A stretch of 64,000 nt of DNA from Escherichia coli (lineage in GTDB: Bacteria; Pseudomonadota; Gammaproteobacteria; Enterobacterales; Enterobacteriaceae): assembly GCF_013122565.1 (NCBI RefSeq), contig NZ_CP053258.1. One strand, given 5' to 3'. This document shows, piece after piece, positions 25,549-37,879 of the stretch; position 1 is the stretch's first letter; each line of letters opens with the position of its first letter. Made by a program: the position numbers and the translations under genes. Under the pieces are notes generated by a model. It was given only the letters and a program-made list of their open reading frames with translations. It did not search any database and was not told the origin of the DNA.

Positions 25549-25655
25549 CTCGTCGCACATATCTTCAGGTTATTGATTTCCGTGGCGCAGAAAAAAGCAA
25601 ATGGCACATCTGTTTGGGTATAATCGCGCCCATGCTTTTTCGCCAGGGAACCGTT

Positions 25656-26858
25656 ATGCGCATCCTTCACACCTCAGACTGGCATCTCGGCCAGAACTTC
25701 TACAGTAAAAGCCGCGAAGCTGAACATCAGGCTTTTCTTGACTGGCTGCTGGAGACAGCACAAACCCATCAGGTGGATGCGATTATTGTTGCTGGTGATG
25801 TTTTCGATACCGGCTCGCCGCCCAGTTACGCCCGCACGTTATACAACCGTTTTGTTGTCAATTTACAGCAAACTGGCTGTCATCTGGTGGTACTGGCAGG
25901 AAACCATGACTCGGTCGCCACGCTGAATGAATCGCGCGATATCATGGCGTTCCTCAATACTACCGTGGTCGCCAGCGCCGGACATGCGCCGCAAATCTTG
26001 CCTCGTCGCGACGGGACGCCAGGCGCAGTGCTGTGCCCCATTCCGTTTTTACGCCCACGTGACATTATTACCAGCCAGGCGGGGCTTAACGGTATTGAAA
26101 AACAGCAGCATTTGCTGGCAGCTATTACCGATTATTACCAACAACACTATGCCGATGCCTGCAAACTGCGCGGCGATCAGCCTCTGCCCATCATCGCCAC
26201 GGGACACTTAACGACCGTGGGTGCCAGTAAAAGTGACGCCGTGCGTGACATTTATATTGGCACGCTGGACGCGTTTCCGGCACAAAACTTTCCACCAGCC
26301 GACTACATCGCGCTCGGGCATATTCACCGCGCACAGATTATTGGCGGCATGGAACATGTTCGCTATTGCGGCTCTCCCATTCCACTGAGTTTTGATGAAT
26401 GCGGTAAGAGTAAATATGTCCATCTGGTGACATTTTCAAACGGCAAATTAGAGAGCGTGGAAAACCTGAACGTACCGGTAACGCAACCCATGGCGGTGCT
26501 GAAAGGCGATCTGGCGTCGATTACCGAACAGCTGGAACAGTGGCACGATGTATCACAGGAGTCACCTGTCTGGCTGGATATCGAAATCACTACTGATGAG
26601 TATCTGCATGATATTCAGCGCAAAATCCAGGCATTAACCGAATCATTGCCCGTTGAAGTATTGCTGGTGCGCCGGAGTCGTGAACAGCGCGAGCGTGTGT
26701 TAGCCAGCCAACAGCGTGAAACCCTCAGCGAACTCAGCGTCGAAGAGGTGTTCAATCGCCGTCTGGCACTGGAAGAACTGGATGAATCGCAGCAGCAACG
26801 TCTGCAGCATCTTTTCGCCACGACGTTGCATAGCCTCGCCGGAGAACACGAAGCATGA
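25656..26858 (+). CDS. sbcD: Mre11-family exonuclease SbcD
   Basis: Internal start [32 protein letters not shown] gives 400 aa; stop overlaps the sbcC start (ATGA). Confidence 0.9.
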   Translation: MRILHTSDWHLGQNFYSKSREAEHQAFLDWLLETAQTHQVDAIIVAGDVFDTGSPPSYARTLYNRFVVNLQQTGCHLVVLAGNHDSVATLNESRDIMAFLNTTVVASAGHAPQILPRRDGTPGAVLCPIPFLRPRDIITSQAGLNGIEKQQHLLAAITDYYQQHYADACKLRGDQPLPIIATGHLTTVGASKSDAVRDIYIGTLDAFPAQNFPPADYIALGHIHRAQIIGGMEHVRYCGSPIPLSFDECGKSKYVHLVTFSNGKLESVENLNVPVTQPMAVLKGDLASITEQLEQWHDVSQESPVWLDIEITTDEYLHDIQRKIQALTESLPVEVLLVRRSREQRERVLASQQRETLSELSVEEVFNRRLALEELDESQQQRLQHLFATTLHSLAGEHEA

Positions 26859-29800
26859 AAATTCTCAGCCTGCGCCTGAAAAACCTGAACTCATTAAAAG
26901 GCGAATGGAAGATTGATTTCACCCGCGAGCCGTTCGCCAGCAACGGGCTGTTTGCCATTACCGGCCCAACAGGTGCGGGGAAAACCACCCTGCTGGACGC
27001 CATTTGTCTGGCGCTGTATCACGAAACTCCGCGTCTCTCTAACGTTTCACAATCGCAAAATGATCTCATGACCCGCGATACCGCTGAATGTCTGGCGGAG
27101 GTGGAGTTTGAAGTGAAAGGTGAAGCGTACCGTGCGTTCTGGAGCCAGAATCGGGCGCGTAACCAGCCGGACGGTAATTTGCAGGTGCCACGCGTAGAGC
27201 TGGCGCGCTGCGCCGACGGCAAAATTCTCGCCGACAAAGTGAAAGATAAGCTGGAACTGACGGCGACGTTAACCGGACTGGATTACGGGCGCTTCACCCG
27301 TTCGATGCTGCTTTCGCAGGGGCAATTTGCTGCCTTCCTGAATGCCAAACCCAAAGAACGCGCGGAATTGCTCGAGGAGTTAACCGGCACTGAAATCTAT
27401 GGGCAAATCTCGGCGATGGTTTTTGAGCAGCACAAATCGGCCCGCACTGAGCTGGAGAAGCTGCAAGCGCAGGCCAGCGGCGTCGCGTTGCTCACGCCGG
27501 AACAAGTGCAATCACTGACAGCGAGTTTGCAGGTACTTACTGACGAAGAAAAACAGTTACTTACCGCGCAGCAGCAAGAACAACAATCACTAAACTGGTT
27601 AACGCGTCTGGACGAATTGCAGCAAGAAGCCAGCCGCCGTCAGCAGGCCTTGCAACAGGCGTTAGCCGAAGAAGAAAAAGCGCAACCTCAACTGGCGGCG
27701 CTCAGTCTGGCACAACCGGCACGAAATCTTCGTCCGCACTGGGAACGCATCGCAGAACACAGCGCGGCGCTGGCGCATACTCGCCAGCAGATTGAAGAAG
27801 TAAATACTCGCTTACAGAGCACAATGGCGCTTCGCGCGAGCATTCGCCACCACGCGGCGAAGCAGTCAGCAGAATTACAGCAGCAGCAACAAAGCCTGAA
27901 TACCTGGTTACAGGAACACGACCGCTTCCGTCAGTGGAACAACGAACTGGCGGGTTGGCGTGCGCAGTTCTCCCAACAAACCAGCGATCGCGAGCATCTG
28001 CGGCAATGGCAGCAACAGTTAACCCATGCAGAGCAAAAACTTAATGCGCTTGCGGCGATCACGTTGACGTTAACCGCCGATGAAGTTGCTAGCGCCCTGG
28101 TGCAACATGCTGAGCAACGCCCACTGCGTCAGCGCCTGGTCGCGCTGCATGGGCAGATTGTTCCCCAACAAAAACGTCTGGCGCAATTACAGGTCGCTAT
28201 CCAGAATGTCACGCAAGAACAGACGCAACGTAATGCCGCACTTAACGAAATGCGCCAGCGTTATAAAGAAAAGATGCAGCAACTTGCCGATGTCAAAACC
28301 ATTTGCGAGCAGGAAGCGCGCATCAAAACGCTGGAAGCTCAACGTGCACAGTTACAGGCGGGTCAGCCTTGTCCACTTTGTGGTTCCACCAGCCACCCGG
28401 CGGTCGAGGCGTATCAGGCGCTGGAACCGGGCGTTAATCAGGCCCGGCTATTAACGCTGGAAAAAGAAGTGAAAAAGCTCGGTGAAGAAGGTGCGACGCT
28501 ACGTGGGCAACTGGACGCCATAACAAAGCAGCTTCAGCGTGATGAAAACGAAGCGCAAAGCCTCCGACAAGATGAGCAAGCACTTACTCAACAATGGCAA
28601 GCCGTCACGGCCTGCCTCAATATCACCTTGCAGCCACAGGACGATATTCAACCGTGGCTGGATGCACAAGATGAGCACGAACGCCAGCTGCGGTTACTCA
28701 GCCAACGGCATGAATTACAAGGGCAGATTGCCGCGCATAATCAGCAAATTATCCAGTATCAACAGCAAATTGAACAACGCCAGCAGCAGCTCTTAACGGC
28801 ATTGGCGGGTTATGCACTGACATTGCCACAGGAAGATGAAGAAGAGAGCTGGTTGGCGACACGTCAGCAAGAAGCGCAGAGCTGGCAGCATCGCCAGAAC
28901 GAATTAACTGCGCTGCAAAACCGTATTCAGCAGCTGACGCCGATTCTGGAAACGTTGCCGCAAAGTGATGAACTCCCGCACTGCGAAGAAACTGTGGTAC
29001 TGGAAAACTGGCGGCAGGTACATGAACAATGTCTCGCACTACATAGCCAGCAACAGACGTTACAGCAACAGGACGTTCTGGCGGCGCAAAGTCTGCAAAA
29101 AGCCCAGGCGCAGTTTGACACCGCGCTACAGGCCAGCGTCTTTGACGATCAGCAGGCGTTCCTTGCGGCGCTAATGGATGAACAAACACTAACGCAACTG
29201 GAACAGCTCAAGCAGAATCTGGAAAACCAGCGCCGTCAGGCGCAAACGCTGGTCACTCAGACAGCAGAAACGCTGGCACAGCATCAGCAACACCGACCTG
29301 ACGGGTTGGCTCTCACTGTGACGGTGGAGCAGATTCAGCAAGAGTTAGCGCAAACTCATCAAAAGTTGCGTGAAAACACCACAAGTCAAGGCGAGATTCG
29401 CCAGCAGCTGAAGCAGGATGCAGATAACCGTCAGCAACAACAGACCTTAATGCAGCAAATTGCTCAAATGACGCAGCAGGTTGAGGACTGGGGATATCTG
29501 AATTCGCTAATAGGTTCCAAAGAGGGCGATAAATTCCGCAAGTTTACCCAGGGGCTGACGCTGGATAATTTAGTCCATCTCGCTAATCAGCAACTTACCC
29601 GACTGCACGGGCGCTATCTCTTACAGCGCAAAGCCAGCGAGGCGCTGGAAGTCGAGGTTGTTGATACCTGGCAGGCAGATGCGGTACGTGACACCCGTAC
29701 CCTTTCTGGCGGCGAAAGTTTCCTCGTCAGTCTGGCGCTGGCGCTGGCGCTTTCAGATCTGGTCAGCCATAAAACGCGTATTGATTCGCTGTTCCTCGAT

Positions 29801-29998
29801 GAAGGTTTTGGCACACTGGATAGCGAAACGCTGGATACCGCCCTTGATGCGCTGGATGCCCTGAATGCCAGTGGCAAAACCATCGGTGTGATTAGCCACG
29901 TAGAAGCGATGAAAGAGCGTATTCCGGTGCAGATCAAAGTGAAAAAGATCAACGGCCTGGGCTACAGCAAACTGGAAAGTACGTTTGCAGTGAAATAA
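26855..29998 (+). CDS. sbcC: Rad50/SMC-family ATPase SbcC
   Basis: 1047-aa ORF with N-terminal Walker A (GPTGAGKTT), long Q-rich coiled coil, CPLC zinc hook and C-terminal signature/Walker B ([16 protein letters not shown]...LFLDEGFG). Confidence 0.95.
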   Translation: MKILSLRLKNLNSLKGEWKIDFTREPFASNGLFAITGPTGAGKTTLLDAICLALYHETPRLSNVSQSQNDLMTRDTAECLAEVEFEVKGEAYRAFWSQNRARNQPDGNLQVPRVELARCADGKILADKVKDKLELTATLTGLDYGRFTRSMLLSQGQFAAFLNAKPKERAELLEELTGTEIYGQISAMVFEQHKSARTELEKLQAQASGVALLTPEQVQSLTASLQVLTDEEKQLLTAQQQEQQSLNWLTRLDELQQEASRRQQALQQALAEEEKAQPQLAALSLAQPARNLRPHWERIAEHSAALAHTRQQIEEVNTRLQSTMALRASIRHHAAKQSAELQQQQQSLNTWLQEHDRFRQWNNELAGWRAQFSQQTSDREHLRQWQQQLTHAEQKLNALAAITLTLTADEVASALVQHAEQRPLRQRLVALHGQIVPQQKRLAQLQVAIQNVTQEQTQRNAALNEMRQRYKEKMQQLADVKTICEQEARIKTLEAQRAQLQAGQPCPLCGSTSHPAVEAYQALEPGVNQARLLTLEKEVKKLGEEGATLRGQLDAITKQLQRDENEAQSLRQDEQALTQQWQAVTACLNITLQPQDDIQPWLDAQDEHERQLRLLSQRHELQGQIAAHNQQIIQYQQQIEQRQQQLLTALAGYALTLPQEDEEESWLATRQQEAQSWQHRQNELTALQNRIQQLTPILETLPQSDELPHCEETVVLENWRQVHEQCLALHSQQQTLQQQDVLAAQSLQKAQAQFDTALQASVFDDQQAFLAALMDEQTLTQLEQLKQNLENQRRQAQTLVTQTAETLAQHQQHRPDGLALTVTVEQIQQELAQTHQKLRENTTSQGEIRQQLKQDADNRQQQQTLMQQIAQMTQQVEDWGYLNSLIGSKEGDKFRKFTQGLTLDNLVHLANQQLTRLHGRYLLQRKASEALEVEVVDTWQADAVRDTRTLSGGESFLVSLALALALSDLVSHKTRIDSLFLDEGFGTLDSETLDTALDALDALNASGKTIGVISHVEAMKERIPVQIKVKKINGLGYSKLESTFAVK

Positions 29999-30123
29999 CT
30001 ATTCAGCAGGATAATGAATACAGAGGGGCGAATTATCTCTTGGCCTTGCTGGTCGTTATCCTGCAAGCTATCACTTTATTGGCTACGGTGATTGGTAGCC
30101 GTTCTGGTGGTTGTGATGGTGGT

Positions 30124-31308
30124 ATGAAAAAAGTCATTTTATCTTTGGCTCTGGGCACGTTTGGTTTGGGGATGGCCGAATTTGGCATTATGGGCGTGCT
30201 CACGGAGCTGGCGCATAACGTAGGAATTTCGATTCCTGCTGCCGGGCATATGATCTCGTATTATGCGCTGGGGGTGGTGGTCGGTGCGCCAATAATCGCA
30301 CTCTTTTCCAGCCGCTACTCACTCAAACATATCTTGTTGTTTCTGGTGGCGTTGTGCGTCATTGGCAACGCCATGTTCACGCTCTCTTCATCTTACCTGA
30401 TGCTTGCCATTGGTCGCCTGGTTTCCGGCTTTCCGCATGGCGCATTTTTTGGCGTCGGAGCGATCGTGTTATCAAAAATTATCAAACCCGGAAAAGTCAC
30501 CGCCGCCGTGGCGGGGATGGTTTCCGGGATGACAGTCGCCAATTTGCTGGGCATTCCACTGGGAACGTATTTAAGTCAGGAATTTAGCTGGCGCTACACC
30601 TTTTTATTGATCGCTGTTTTTAATATTGCGGTGATGGCATCGGTCTATTTTTGGGTGCCGGATATTCGCGACGAGGCGAAAGGAAAGCTGCGCGAACAAT
30701 TTCACTTTTTGCGCAGCCCGGCCCCGTGGTTAATTTTCGCCGCCACCATGTTTGGCAACGCAGGTGTGTTTGCCTGGTTCAGCTACGTAAAGCCATACAT
30801 GATGTTTATTTCCGGTTTTTCGGAAACGGCGATGACCTTTATTATGATGTTAGTTGGGCTAGGGATGGTGCTGGGAAATATGCTAAGTGGCAGGATTTCA
30901 GGACGTTATTCACCACTGCGCATTGCAGCAGTGACTGACTTTATAATTGTACTGGCACTGCTGATGCTCTTTTTCTGCGGCGGCATGAAAACAACGTCGC
31001 TTATTTTTGCTTTTATTTGTTGCGCGGGATTATTTGCCCTTTCAGCACCTCTGCAAATATTGTTACTGCAAAATGCCAAAGGCGGAGAGTTATTAGGTGC
31101 CGCAGGTGGGCAAATAGCGTTTAACCTCGGTAGCGCCGTCGGCGCATATTGCGGAGGTATGATGCTGACGCTGGGGCTGGCATATAATTACGTGGCGCTG
31201 CCTGCCGCCCTGCTTTCGTTTGCTGCGATGTCATCGTTGCTGCTGTATGGTCGCTATAAGCGCCAGCAAGCGGCGGATAGTCCGGTGCTGGCGAAACCAC
31301 TGGGGTAG
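30124..31308 (+). CDS. araJ: MFS transporter AraJ
   Basis: Internal start MKKVILSLALGTFGLGMAEFGIMGVLTELAH gives 394 aa; 12-TM MFS hydropathy pattern. Confidence 0.85.
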   Translation: MKKVILSLALGTFGLGMAEFGIMGVLTELAHNVGISIPAAGHMISYYALGVVVGAPIIALFSSRYSLKHILLFLVALCVIGNAMFTLSSSYLMLAIGRLVSGFPHGAFFGVGAIVLSKIIKPGKVTAAVAGMVSGMTVANLLGIPLGTYLSQEFSWRYTFLLIAVFNIAVMASVYFWVPDIRDEAKGKLREQFHFLRSPAPWLIFAATMFGNAGVFAWFSYVKPYMMFISGFSETAMTFIMMLVGLGMVLGNMLSGRISGRYSPLRIAAVTDFIIVLALLMLFFCGGMKTTSLIFAFICCAGLFALSAPLQILLLQNAKGGELLGAAGGQIAFNLGSAVGAYCGGMMLTLGLAYNYVALPAALLSFAAMSSLLLYGRYKRQQAADSPVLAKPLG

Positions 31309-31334
31309 ATTACTGTCACGGTGCGCGTTGCTTA

Positions 31335-31426
31335 TTGCCGGATGCGGCGTGAACGCCTTATCCGCCCTACGCGGTTCTGGCACATTTTGTAGGCCTGATA
31401 AGACGCGGCAAGCGTCGCATCAGGCA
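31335..31426. repeat. REP (BIME) palindromic elements
   Basis: GCCGGATGCGGCGTGAACGCCTTATCCGCCCTAC and GTAGGCCTGATAAGACGCGGCAAGCGTCGCATCAGGCA, the REP consensus, between convergent araJ and mak. Confidence 0.6.
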
Positions 31427-31450
31427 TGATGCGCCAATTGCCTGGGTTTT

Positions 31451-32359
31451 TTACTCTTGTGGCCATAACCACGCAGCGCCGCGTACGCCGCTGGAATCAC
31501 CGTGCTTCGCCTTACGCACCGGCGTTTCACATTCGCCGCCGAAGACAAATTGTTTAATCAACTGCGGAACCGTTTGATATAAACGGTCTACATTGCTCAT
31601 CCCGCCCCCCAGGACAATCACATCCGGATCGAGAATATTCACGACATGTGCCAGCGATTTTGCCAGCCGCAGCTCGTAGCGACGCAATGCCAGTTCCGCT
31701 ACCGGATCGCTTTCTTCAACCAGGCGGATAATTTCACTGCCTTTCAGCGCATGTCCGCTCAAACGACGATAATCCGTCGCGAATCCCGTGCCCGAAATAA
31801 AGGTTTCAATACAACCTTGTTTACCGCAATAACAAGGGACTTCCTCGCGATAACGCAGTTCGTCTTCGTCCATCCACGGTAGCGGATTGTGTCCCCACTC
31901 ACCTGCCGTGCCATTGCCGCCGATATGCGCCCGCCCATTGAATGCCACGCCCGCGCCACATCCCGTGCCGATAATCACGGCAAATACCGTCTGTGCTCCC
32001 GCTGCCGCGCCATCTACTGCTTCTGAAACCGCCAGACAGTTGGCGTCATTTGCCAGCCGCACTTCCCGCTGCAACCGCGCGCTTAAGTCTTTATCGAATG
32101 GCTGACCGTTGAGCCAGGTTGAATTGGCATTCTTCACCACACCGGTGTAGGGCGAAATCGAACCAGGAATGCCCATACCTACCGTTCCGCGCTGCCTTGT
32201 CGCCTGCTCCGCCATATCAACCAACGTGGCGATCGTTTCAATAGTCTGCTGGTAATCATCACGCGGCGTGGGCAGACGATGACGGTACAACTGCTCCCCT
32301 GCATCGCCCAGTGCAATCACTTCAGTTTTGGTGCCGCCTAAATCGATACCTATACGCAC
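31451..32359 (-). CDS. mak: fructokinase/manno(fructo)kinase Mak (ROK family)
   Basis: Track ORF is 348 aa; the conserved start (V)[13 protein letters not shown] at GTG 32357-32359 gives 302 aa; ROK motifs and CxCGxxGC zinc site. Confidence 0.85.
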   Translation of the reverse strand: MRIGIDLGGTKTEVIALGDAGEQLYRHRLPTPRDDYQQTIETIATLVDMAEQATRQRGTVGMGIPGSISPYTGVVKNANSTWLNGQPFDKDLSARLQREVRLANDANCLAVSEAVDGAAAGAQTVFAVIIGTGCGAGVAFNGRAHIGGNGTAGEWGHNPLPWMDEDELRYREEVPCYCGKQGCIETFISGTGFATDYRRLSGHALKGSEIIRLVEESDPVAELALRRYELRLAKSLAHVVNILDPDVIVLGGGMSNVDRLYQTVPQLIKQFVFGGECETPVRKAKHGDSSGVRGAAWLWPQE

Positions 32360-32483
32360 GGTACTCTCCTTATTTTTTTCAATATCAATAGCGTAGAGAC
32401 GGACAACCGGATTGGCAATGCAAGGCCGCCGACAATTCGTTATCATGCCCGCTAAATTTAACGACAAGGCCGTGGAAATTATC

Positions 32484-33395
32484 ATGCTGTGGTTCAAAAA
32501 TTTAATGGTTTACCGTCTTAGCCGCGAGATTTCGCTGCGTGCAGAAGAGATGGAAAAACAGCTAGCCTCGATGGCATTTACCCCATGCGGCAGCCAGGAC
32601 ATGGCGAAGATGGGCTGGGTTCCTCCGATGGGATCGCACAGCGATGCGTTAACGCACGTTGCCAATGGTCAAATTGTTATCTGCGCGCGCAAAGAAGAAA
32701 AAATCCTCCCGTCTCCGGTGATTAAACAGGCGCTGGAAGCGAAAATCGCCAAACTGGAAGCGAAACAGGCGCGTAAGCTGAAGAAAACCGAAAAAGATTC
32801 GCTGAAAGACGAAGTGCTGCACTCTCTGCTGCCGCGTGCTTTCAGCCGTTTTAGCCAGACAATGATGTGGATCGACACGGTTAATGGTTTGATTATGGTG
32901 GACTGCGCCAGTGCCAAAAAAGCGGAAGATACGCTGGCACTGCTGCGTAAAAGCCTGGGGTCGTTACCGGTTGTACCATTGAGCATGGAAAACCCGATTG
33001 AACTGACGCTGACCGAATGGGTTCGCTCCGGTAGCGCGGCACAGGGCTTCCAGTTGCTTGATGAAGCCGAGCTGAAATCGCTGCTGGAAGATGGCGGCGT
33101 GATCCGCGCGAAGAAACAAGATCTAACCAGCGAAGAGATCACCAATCACATCGAAGCCGGAAAAGTGGTGACTAAACTGGCGCTCGACTGGCAGCAGCGC
33201 ATTCAGTTTGTGATGTGCGACGATGGTTCGCTCAAGCGTCTGAAGTTCTGCGACGAGCTGCGCGATCAAAACGAAGATATCGACCGTGAAGATTTCGCCC
33301 AGCGTTTTGATGCCGATTTCATCCTGATGACTGGTGAACTGGCAGCGTTAATTCAAAACCTGATTGAAGGATTAGGTGGCGAAGCACAACGTTAA
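32484..33395 (+). CDS. rdgC: recombination-associated protein RdgC
   Basis: Internal start [40 protein letters not shown] gives 303 aa. Confidence 0.9.
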   Translation: MLWFKNLMVYRLSREISLRAEEMEKQLASMAFTPCGSQDMAKMGWVPPMGSHSDALTHVANGQIVICARKEEKILPSPVIKQALEAKIAKLEAKQARKLKKTEKDSLKDEVLHSLLPRAFSRFSQTMMWIDTVNGLIMVDCASAKKAEDTLALLRKSLGSLPVVPLSMENPIELTLTEWVRSGSAAQGFQLLDEAELKSLLEDGGVIRAKKQDLTSEEITNHIEAGKVVTKLALDWQQRIQFVMCDDGSLKRLKFCDELRDQNEDIDREDFAQRFDADFILMTGELAALIQNLIEGLGGEAQR

Positions 33396-33414
33396 TTGCT
33401 GATTTACCTTTAAT

Positions 33415-33452
33415 GCCGGATGCGACGCCTGCCGCGTCTTATCCGGCATACG
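33415..33452. repeat. REP palindromic element
   Basis: GCCGGATGCGACGCCTGCCGCGTCTTATCCGGCATACG immediately 3' of rdgC. Confidence 0.5.
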
Positions 33453-33472
33453 AAGCCACACCGGGCATATAA

Positions 33473-33928
33473 TTATTCGCTACGGCGGGCAATAATTTTT
33501 AGCGCAGCAATATTATGCGTTTCACGCCGTAACTGATCTAATCGCCTCATCCCTATTCGCCTGTCAGCAGCACGCAGAATATTCACTAACCCCCATTTAT
33601 CGCTGGTAAATTGTTTTGTTAACAGCTCCGCTTTTGGGGTATCAATATATTCACGCAATAAATCAGAAATTGAACAAATATCCGTCAGGTAAGGATACCA
33701 GCAAGTTTCACCGTGAAAATTACGCACTCCACCGTTACCTGCAATAAAGTCTTTCGGGTAATCCCAGATCACGTTTTTATCCAACGTGATCCAATAACGC
33801 GGTAAATCGGTGCTTCCACCATTTTGGCTGCGCATGGGATAACGGGTACAGTGAATTTGCAGGTTGATCGTTGGCGTCAGTAAGTCATAGATCTCCCGCT
33901 GTAACTTGCTCCAGGGGCGTTGTGTCAT
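33473..33928 (-). CDS. hypothetical 151-aa protein, downstream partner of the 762-aa gene
   Basis: ORF start overlaps the upstream gene stop by 4 nt (ATGA at 33925-33928), implying translational coupling; no signal peptide; W/Y-rich (WITLDKNVIWDYPKDF...CWYPYL); family not recognised. Confidence 0.6.
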   Translation of the reverse strand: MTQRPWSKLQREIYDLLTPTINLQIHCTRYPMRSQNGGSTDLPRYWITLDKNVIWDYPKDFIAGNGGVRNFHGETCWYPYLTDICSISDLLREYIDTPKAELLTKQFTSDKWGLVNILRAADRRIGMRRLDQLRRETHNIAALKIIARRSE

Positions 33929-36213
33929 TGTTTTTCCTCAAGCCGGTGACGCGCTTCACTGCGAATTTTCCGCGTTGCCCCGGTTTTCACTAAATCCCGT
34001 AACTGCGAAAGATCGGGTTGATCGACAAATAAAAGTAATGATGGATCCTCTTTTAGCCACACCGTTTTCACATCGGCAGCCAGCTGTGGATTATTAATAG
34101 CCAGCGACCGATCCTGAGACTCAGTCAATGTCGTTAACAACGACGCCGGGGTATGTGCGTTGCGCAATGCCGTTTGGCGCAAATGATCATTGCGACTTTG
34201 CAGCAATGCACGCCACCATTCATCATCTGATTTATCTTTTATCGTAGCCAGTTCCGCAAAAATATCGCTATCCTCACGGTTCCAGCGGTGTAATCCTCTT
34301 TCACTTTGTCTACGGGTGCTATTTTTCATACTGACAACAGCCAGCGCCCAGTCAGAGTTGAAGCGATACTGTTGATCGAGTTTGTTGATAATTCCGGAAG
34401 GTAAATCTTTATTATCAAATAATTGGTTACGCATTCGATAGCGGTATTCAGCGGGTAAATCAACCAGTAAATCAATGGCATTATTTAACATCTCTTCGTC
34501 AACAACACCATTATCAATCAGCGCCAGCTGTACTTCGTAGGCTTGCTCTTGATCTTCTTGCCGTTTGCTCATCATTAAATTTAATGTGCGTTGCCATAAC
34601 TGTTTCTTATATTCCAGCGGCAATAATTTATCGCGTGCCAGCTCATCCCAGACGGTGGGAACATCATGCTGAGTCAGTAGATAACTAATCACTTCCTTCG
34701 ATGTCAGATAACGCGCACCTTCGCGTAAATTGTGCACATCTTCTTTTGCCAGAGACAGTTGACGCATCTCCGGCAACGCTATCAATAACTCCTTTACGAT
34801 ATTTTTATTTTCTTTATTATCCAGATACATTTGTTCTGCGATACGTTCAATATCCTCTGTACGCAGGGTTGCTGATAGTTGGGTAATTTTTAATTCAGTA
34901 AGCGTCCGGGCTAATGCTTCACGAACTTTCAGTGACTTATCTTTACTCAACATCACTGCTTGTTGTGCGGTTAAATCTGCTCCGGTAATTCTTTCACGTA
35001 ACTCCGGGTCTTCGTTATTTATCAACTCATCGGCCACTGCAGTCGGAACCAGCCAGGCGTAATCGTAATGGCTGAGTAATGTCTTGCGCACACTGAGAAA
35101 GGGGCTATGACTTAACGACGCAACAATATCTGGAGAAAGATTATCCTGTCTGGCCTGCTCCAGCTGTACACTCTCGACGGGTACAGACATTAATTTTTTA
35201 TTCACTTCAGCAGAAATATTACTGTTTTTAATCAGCCCTCTGGCAACAGCCTCATCTTTAATTAATTCATCGGTAAGCAAATGCATCTGCTGAGCAGGCC
35301 AGGACTGCGCCATCGATTCACGCGTCTGGTCATCGGGGTGCTGTAACAGTTGCAGCATAACGACGGGTGATAAACTCTCAATATGAGTCAGAAAACGTGC
35401 CACCAGTGGATCTTGATGCTTTATTTTATTCGCAGGGAAATTATCGAGTTTCCCCGTTTCAATCCATTTTAATTTCTCATTAATTTCAGGAGCGGCTTTA
35501 TCGCGAAAAAGAGGTAAACCCTGAACGATGTTGTCTGCGACGCTATCATAGTCAGGATACGCATTGGAAATATTATCGGTTTCGATTTCAGTGTGATCAT
35601 AAAGATCAGCAGTCACCAGTGAATAGGCTTTTTGGATATTCTCATCCCAGTTATATCTTTCACCACTTTCATCTTCATTGATATAAAATTCAGCTTTGAT
35701 GACCTCAAATTGCGTTGCTTTATCGGAAACAATAATGCCTCGCGCGCTAATTCCCTTCATCACTTCAAAGTTATGATCATTGTAATCAGCATAAACTAAA
35801 CCTTTCGCTGTCATCTGTCCTTTGACATATGCGAAATCATGATTAATAAAATTATCGACAATAACATTACCTAATACAATCAGATGACCATTACCTGACA
35901 GATAATCATCATAATCGCCTGAAATCGTTAAATTACCGTTCACCACCAGTTTATTTTGATTGCTGAAGTTAGCGGGTAATGACAGGTCACCATTATGATA
36001 ATACCAGCGGATATTATCTTTTAGCATATAAGCAGCTTCCATACTATCGTCGGTTGCCGCTTTAACCACGTTGCGCTCATCTGCCGTCATAAGATGAAAG
36101 TCAGAGGTGATAAGGTCCTCGCTACTGATCCACTCTGTGGCACATGCATTGCCAGTCATAAAAATTACGACCATACAGATGACCAATATATTAATTCCAT
36201 TCATAATCTTCAC
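33925..36213 (-). CDS. hypothetical secreted repeat protein, 762 aa, AT-rich strain-specific insertion
   Basis: N-terminal Sec signal peptide (MKIMNGINILVICMVVIFMTGNACA|TEW); N-terminal region rich in NG/GN/D motifs; long alpha-helical body with recurring D/S-P-x-[LV]R...A motifs (HEAT/LRV-like). K-12 has, as I recall, only the short ykiA remnant here. Confidence 0.65.
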   Translation of the reverse strand: MKIMNGINILVICMVVIFMTGNACATEWISSEDLITSDFHLMTADERNVVKAATDDSMEAAYMLKDNIRWYYHNGDLSLPANFSNQNKLVVNGNLTISGDYDDYLSGNGHLIVLGNVIVDNFINHDFAYVKGQMTAKGLVYADYNDHNFEVMKGISARGIIVSDKATQFEVIKAEFYINEDESGERYNWDENIQKAYSLVTADLYDHTEIETDNISNAYPDYDSVADNIVQGLPLFRDKAAPEINEKLKWIETGKLDNFPANKIKHQDPLVARFLTHIESLSPVVMLQLLQHPDDQTRESMAQSWPAQQMHLLTDELIKDEAVARGLIKNSNISAEVNKKLMSVPVESVQLEQARQDNLSPDIVASLSHSPFLSVRKTLLSHYDYAWLVPTAVADELINNEDPELRERITGADLTAQQAVMLSKDKSLKVREALARTLTELKITQLSATLRTEDIERIAEQMYLDNKENKNIVKELLIALPEMRQLSLAKEDVHNLREGARYLTSKEVISYLLTQHDVPTVWDELARDKLLPLEYKKQLWQRTLNLMMSKRQEDQEQAYEVQLALIDNGVVDEEMLNNAIDLLVDLPAEYRYRMRNQLFDNKDLPSGIINKLDQQYRFNSDWALAVVSMKNSTRRQSERGLHRWNREDSDIFAELATIKDKSDDEWWRALLQSRNDHLRQTALRNAHTPASLLTTLTESQDRSLAINNPQLAADVKTVWLKEDPSLLLFVDQPDLSQLRDLVKTGATRKIRSEARHRLEEKQ

Positions 36214-36347
36214 TGATATTTATATCAACCTTGATGAATTATGAATATATCGGAAATCGAAAAAATCGCAGCAAAGGAAATATTATTATGGGGTTATGAG
36301 AGGACATTTCAGAAAAATGCCCTCCCGTTCAAGGGGAAGGCGAGGAA

Positions 36348-36632
36348 TTACAGATAGCGGCACAGATAAGAGGTGGGTTCGGCAACTTGCAGATGAAACT
36401 CGCTGTGACCGGGAACATTAAACACCGAACCGGCTTCATACACTTGCCAGTCGGTCGCGTCAGGCAGTAACACATTCAGCGCGCCACTGATTACCGTCAT
36501 CTCTTCCGGCTCAGCGGTGCTGAAGGTGTATTCGCCTTCAACCATAACACCCACGCTGGCGCGACCAGTGCTGCTGCTGGAAAAGCCGATCGATTTCACT
36601 TTGCCGGAAAAGTACTCATTACTTTGAAGCAT
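36348..36632 (-). CDS. ppnP: pyrimidine/purine nucleoside phosphorylase PpnP
   Basis: 94-aa [40 protein letters not shown]..., matching PpnP (YaiE). Confidence 0.9.
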
Positions 36633-36703
36633 AAACTGGCCCTGTCTGGTAGTTGAACATCTACTTCACTATAGGGGCCAGAGGCGCTGACTGTCACGCA
36701 AAA

Positions 36704-37381
36704 TTACACCAGTAATTCCGCTGCCAGCCGTGCAATCAATACGTTAGACAGCAAGACAGGAACATCGAGCTGTTTTTGCAGTAAATCGCGATGACGTTGG
36801 TGAAATCCTAAACAATCCAGCATGATGACATCAGCCCCTTTTGCCAGTAATTCTTTCCCGGCATCAATGATTTTTTGTTCTGAATCATGAATGGGGTTAC
36901 CCAATGAAAATACCGGCGATTTCTGCAAAATTTGCCATTTTTGCGCCTGAACGGGCAGCATCTCCTCAACCGGAACGATAACCCCCACCTGATGATCTTC
37001 AACAATAGAGGAAACCAGTGGAGGCAATATTCGTGACGGCTCAAGAAAGATCGTATTACGCGCAGTCATACTACTAATGTTTGCTGTACTCATTAATAAA
37101 ATGACGTCATAACCCTGATTATCGAGCACTTCAACCACACCTTGCAGGTCTTGCTCCACTTTACGACGCGAAACATGGGCCAGCTGGTTGTCATTTAATA
37201 ATGTGAGAATGGTGTCTTCGCCTGCTTCTGGCGCGTACTCCGCCATCACTTCTTCACGACTTAACTTCCCCAGCAGGCTATGATGGGAAATATTATCTTC
37301 GTCAATGTATTCCGTCAGGAGCGGCAAAACTTCCTGCATAGGTACAATGCCGATGGTCAGGATCGCCAACGACGCACTCAT
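36704..37381 (-). CDS. aroM: AroM family protein
   Basis: 225-aa ORF downstream of aroL and yaiA, the K-12 arrangement. Confidence 0.9.
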   Translation of the reverse strand: MSASLAILTIGIVPMQEVLPLLTEYIDEDNISHHSLLGKLSREEVMAEYAPEAGEDTILTLLNDNQLAHVSRRKVEQDLQGVVEVLDNQGYDVILLMSTANISSMTARNTIFLEPSRILPPLVSSIVEDHQVGVIVPVEEMLPVQAQKWQILQKSPVFSLGNPIHDSEQKIIDAGKELLAKGADVIMLDCLGFHQRHRDLLQKQLDVPVLLSNVLIARLAAELLV

Positions 37382-37638
37382 TGTTCATCCACCTTACTTT
37401 TCTTTCGTCGTTAATTACCGGGCAAGTGTGAAACACCACTGCTGACACTTACTTGTGCTACAAATGACAAAAAGCGTAGCAGCAGACGTGCACGGCATAA
37501 TGTAAAGATTCCAAATGATTCCAGTAATGGATTGTTATTGTTTAATATTCTAATTATTAGAAAAACATGAATAATGAAAAATGTGACGCAGATCCCTTGT
37601 AGTGGCACTCAGAATCCCTTCCGAGCAGTCTGATGCGG

Positions 37639-37839
<201 letters not shown>

Positions 37840-37879
37840 TTATTTCACGGGATGAACGTTAAGTATAGGCGCTCTAAAA

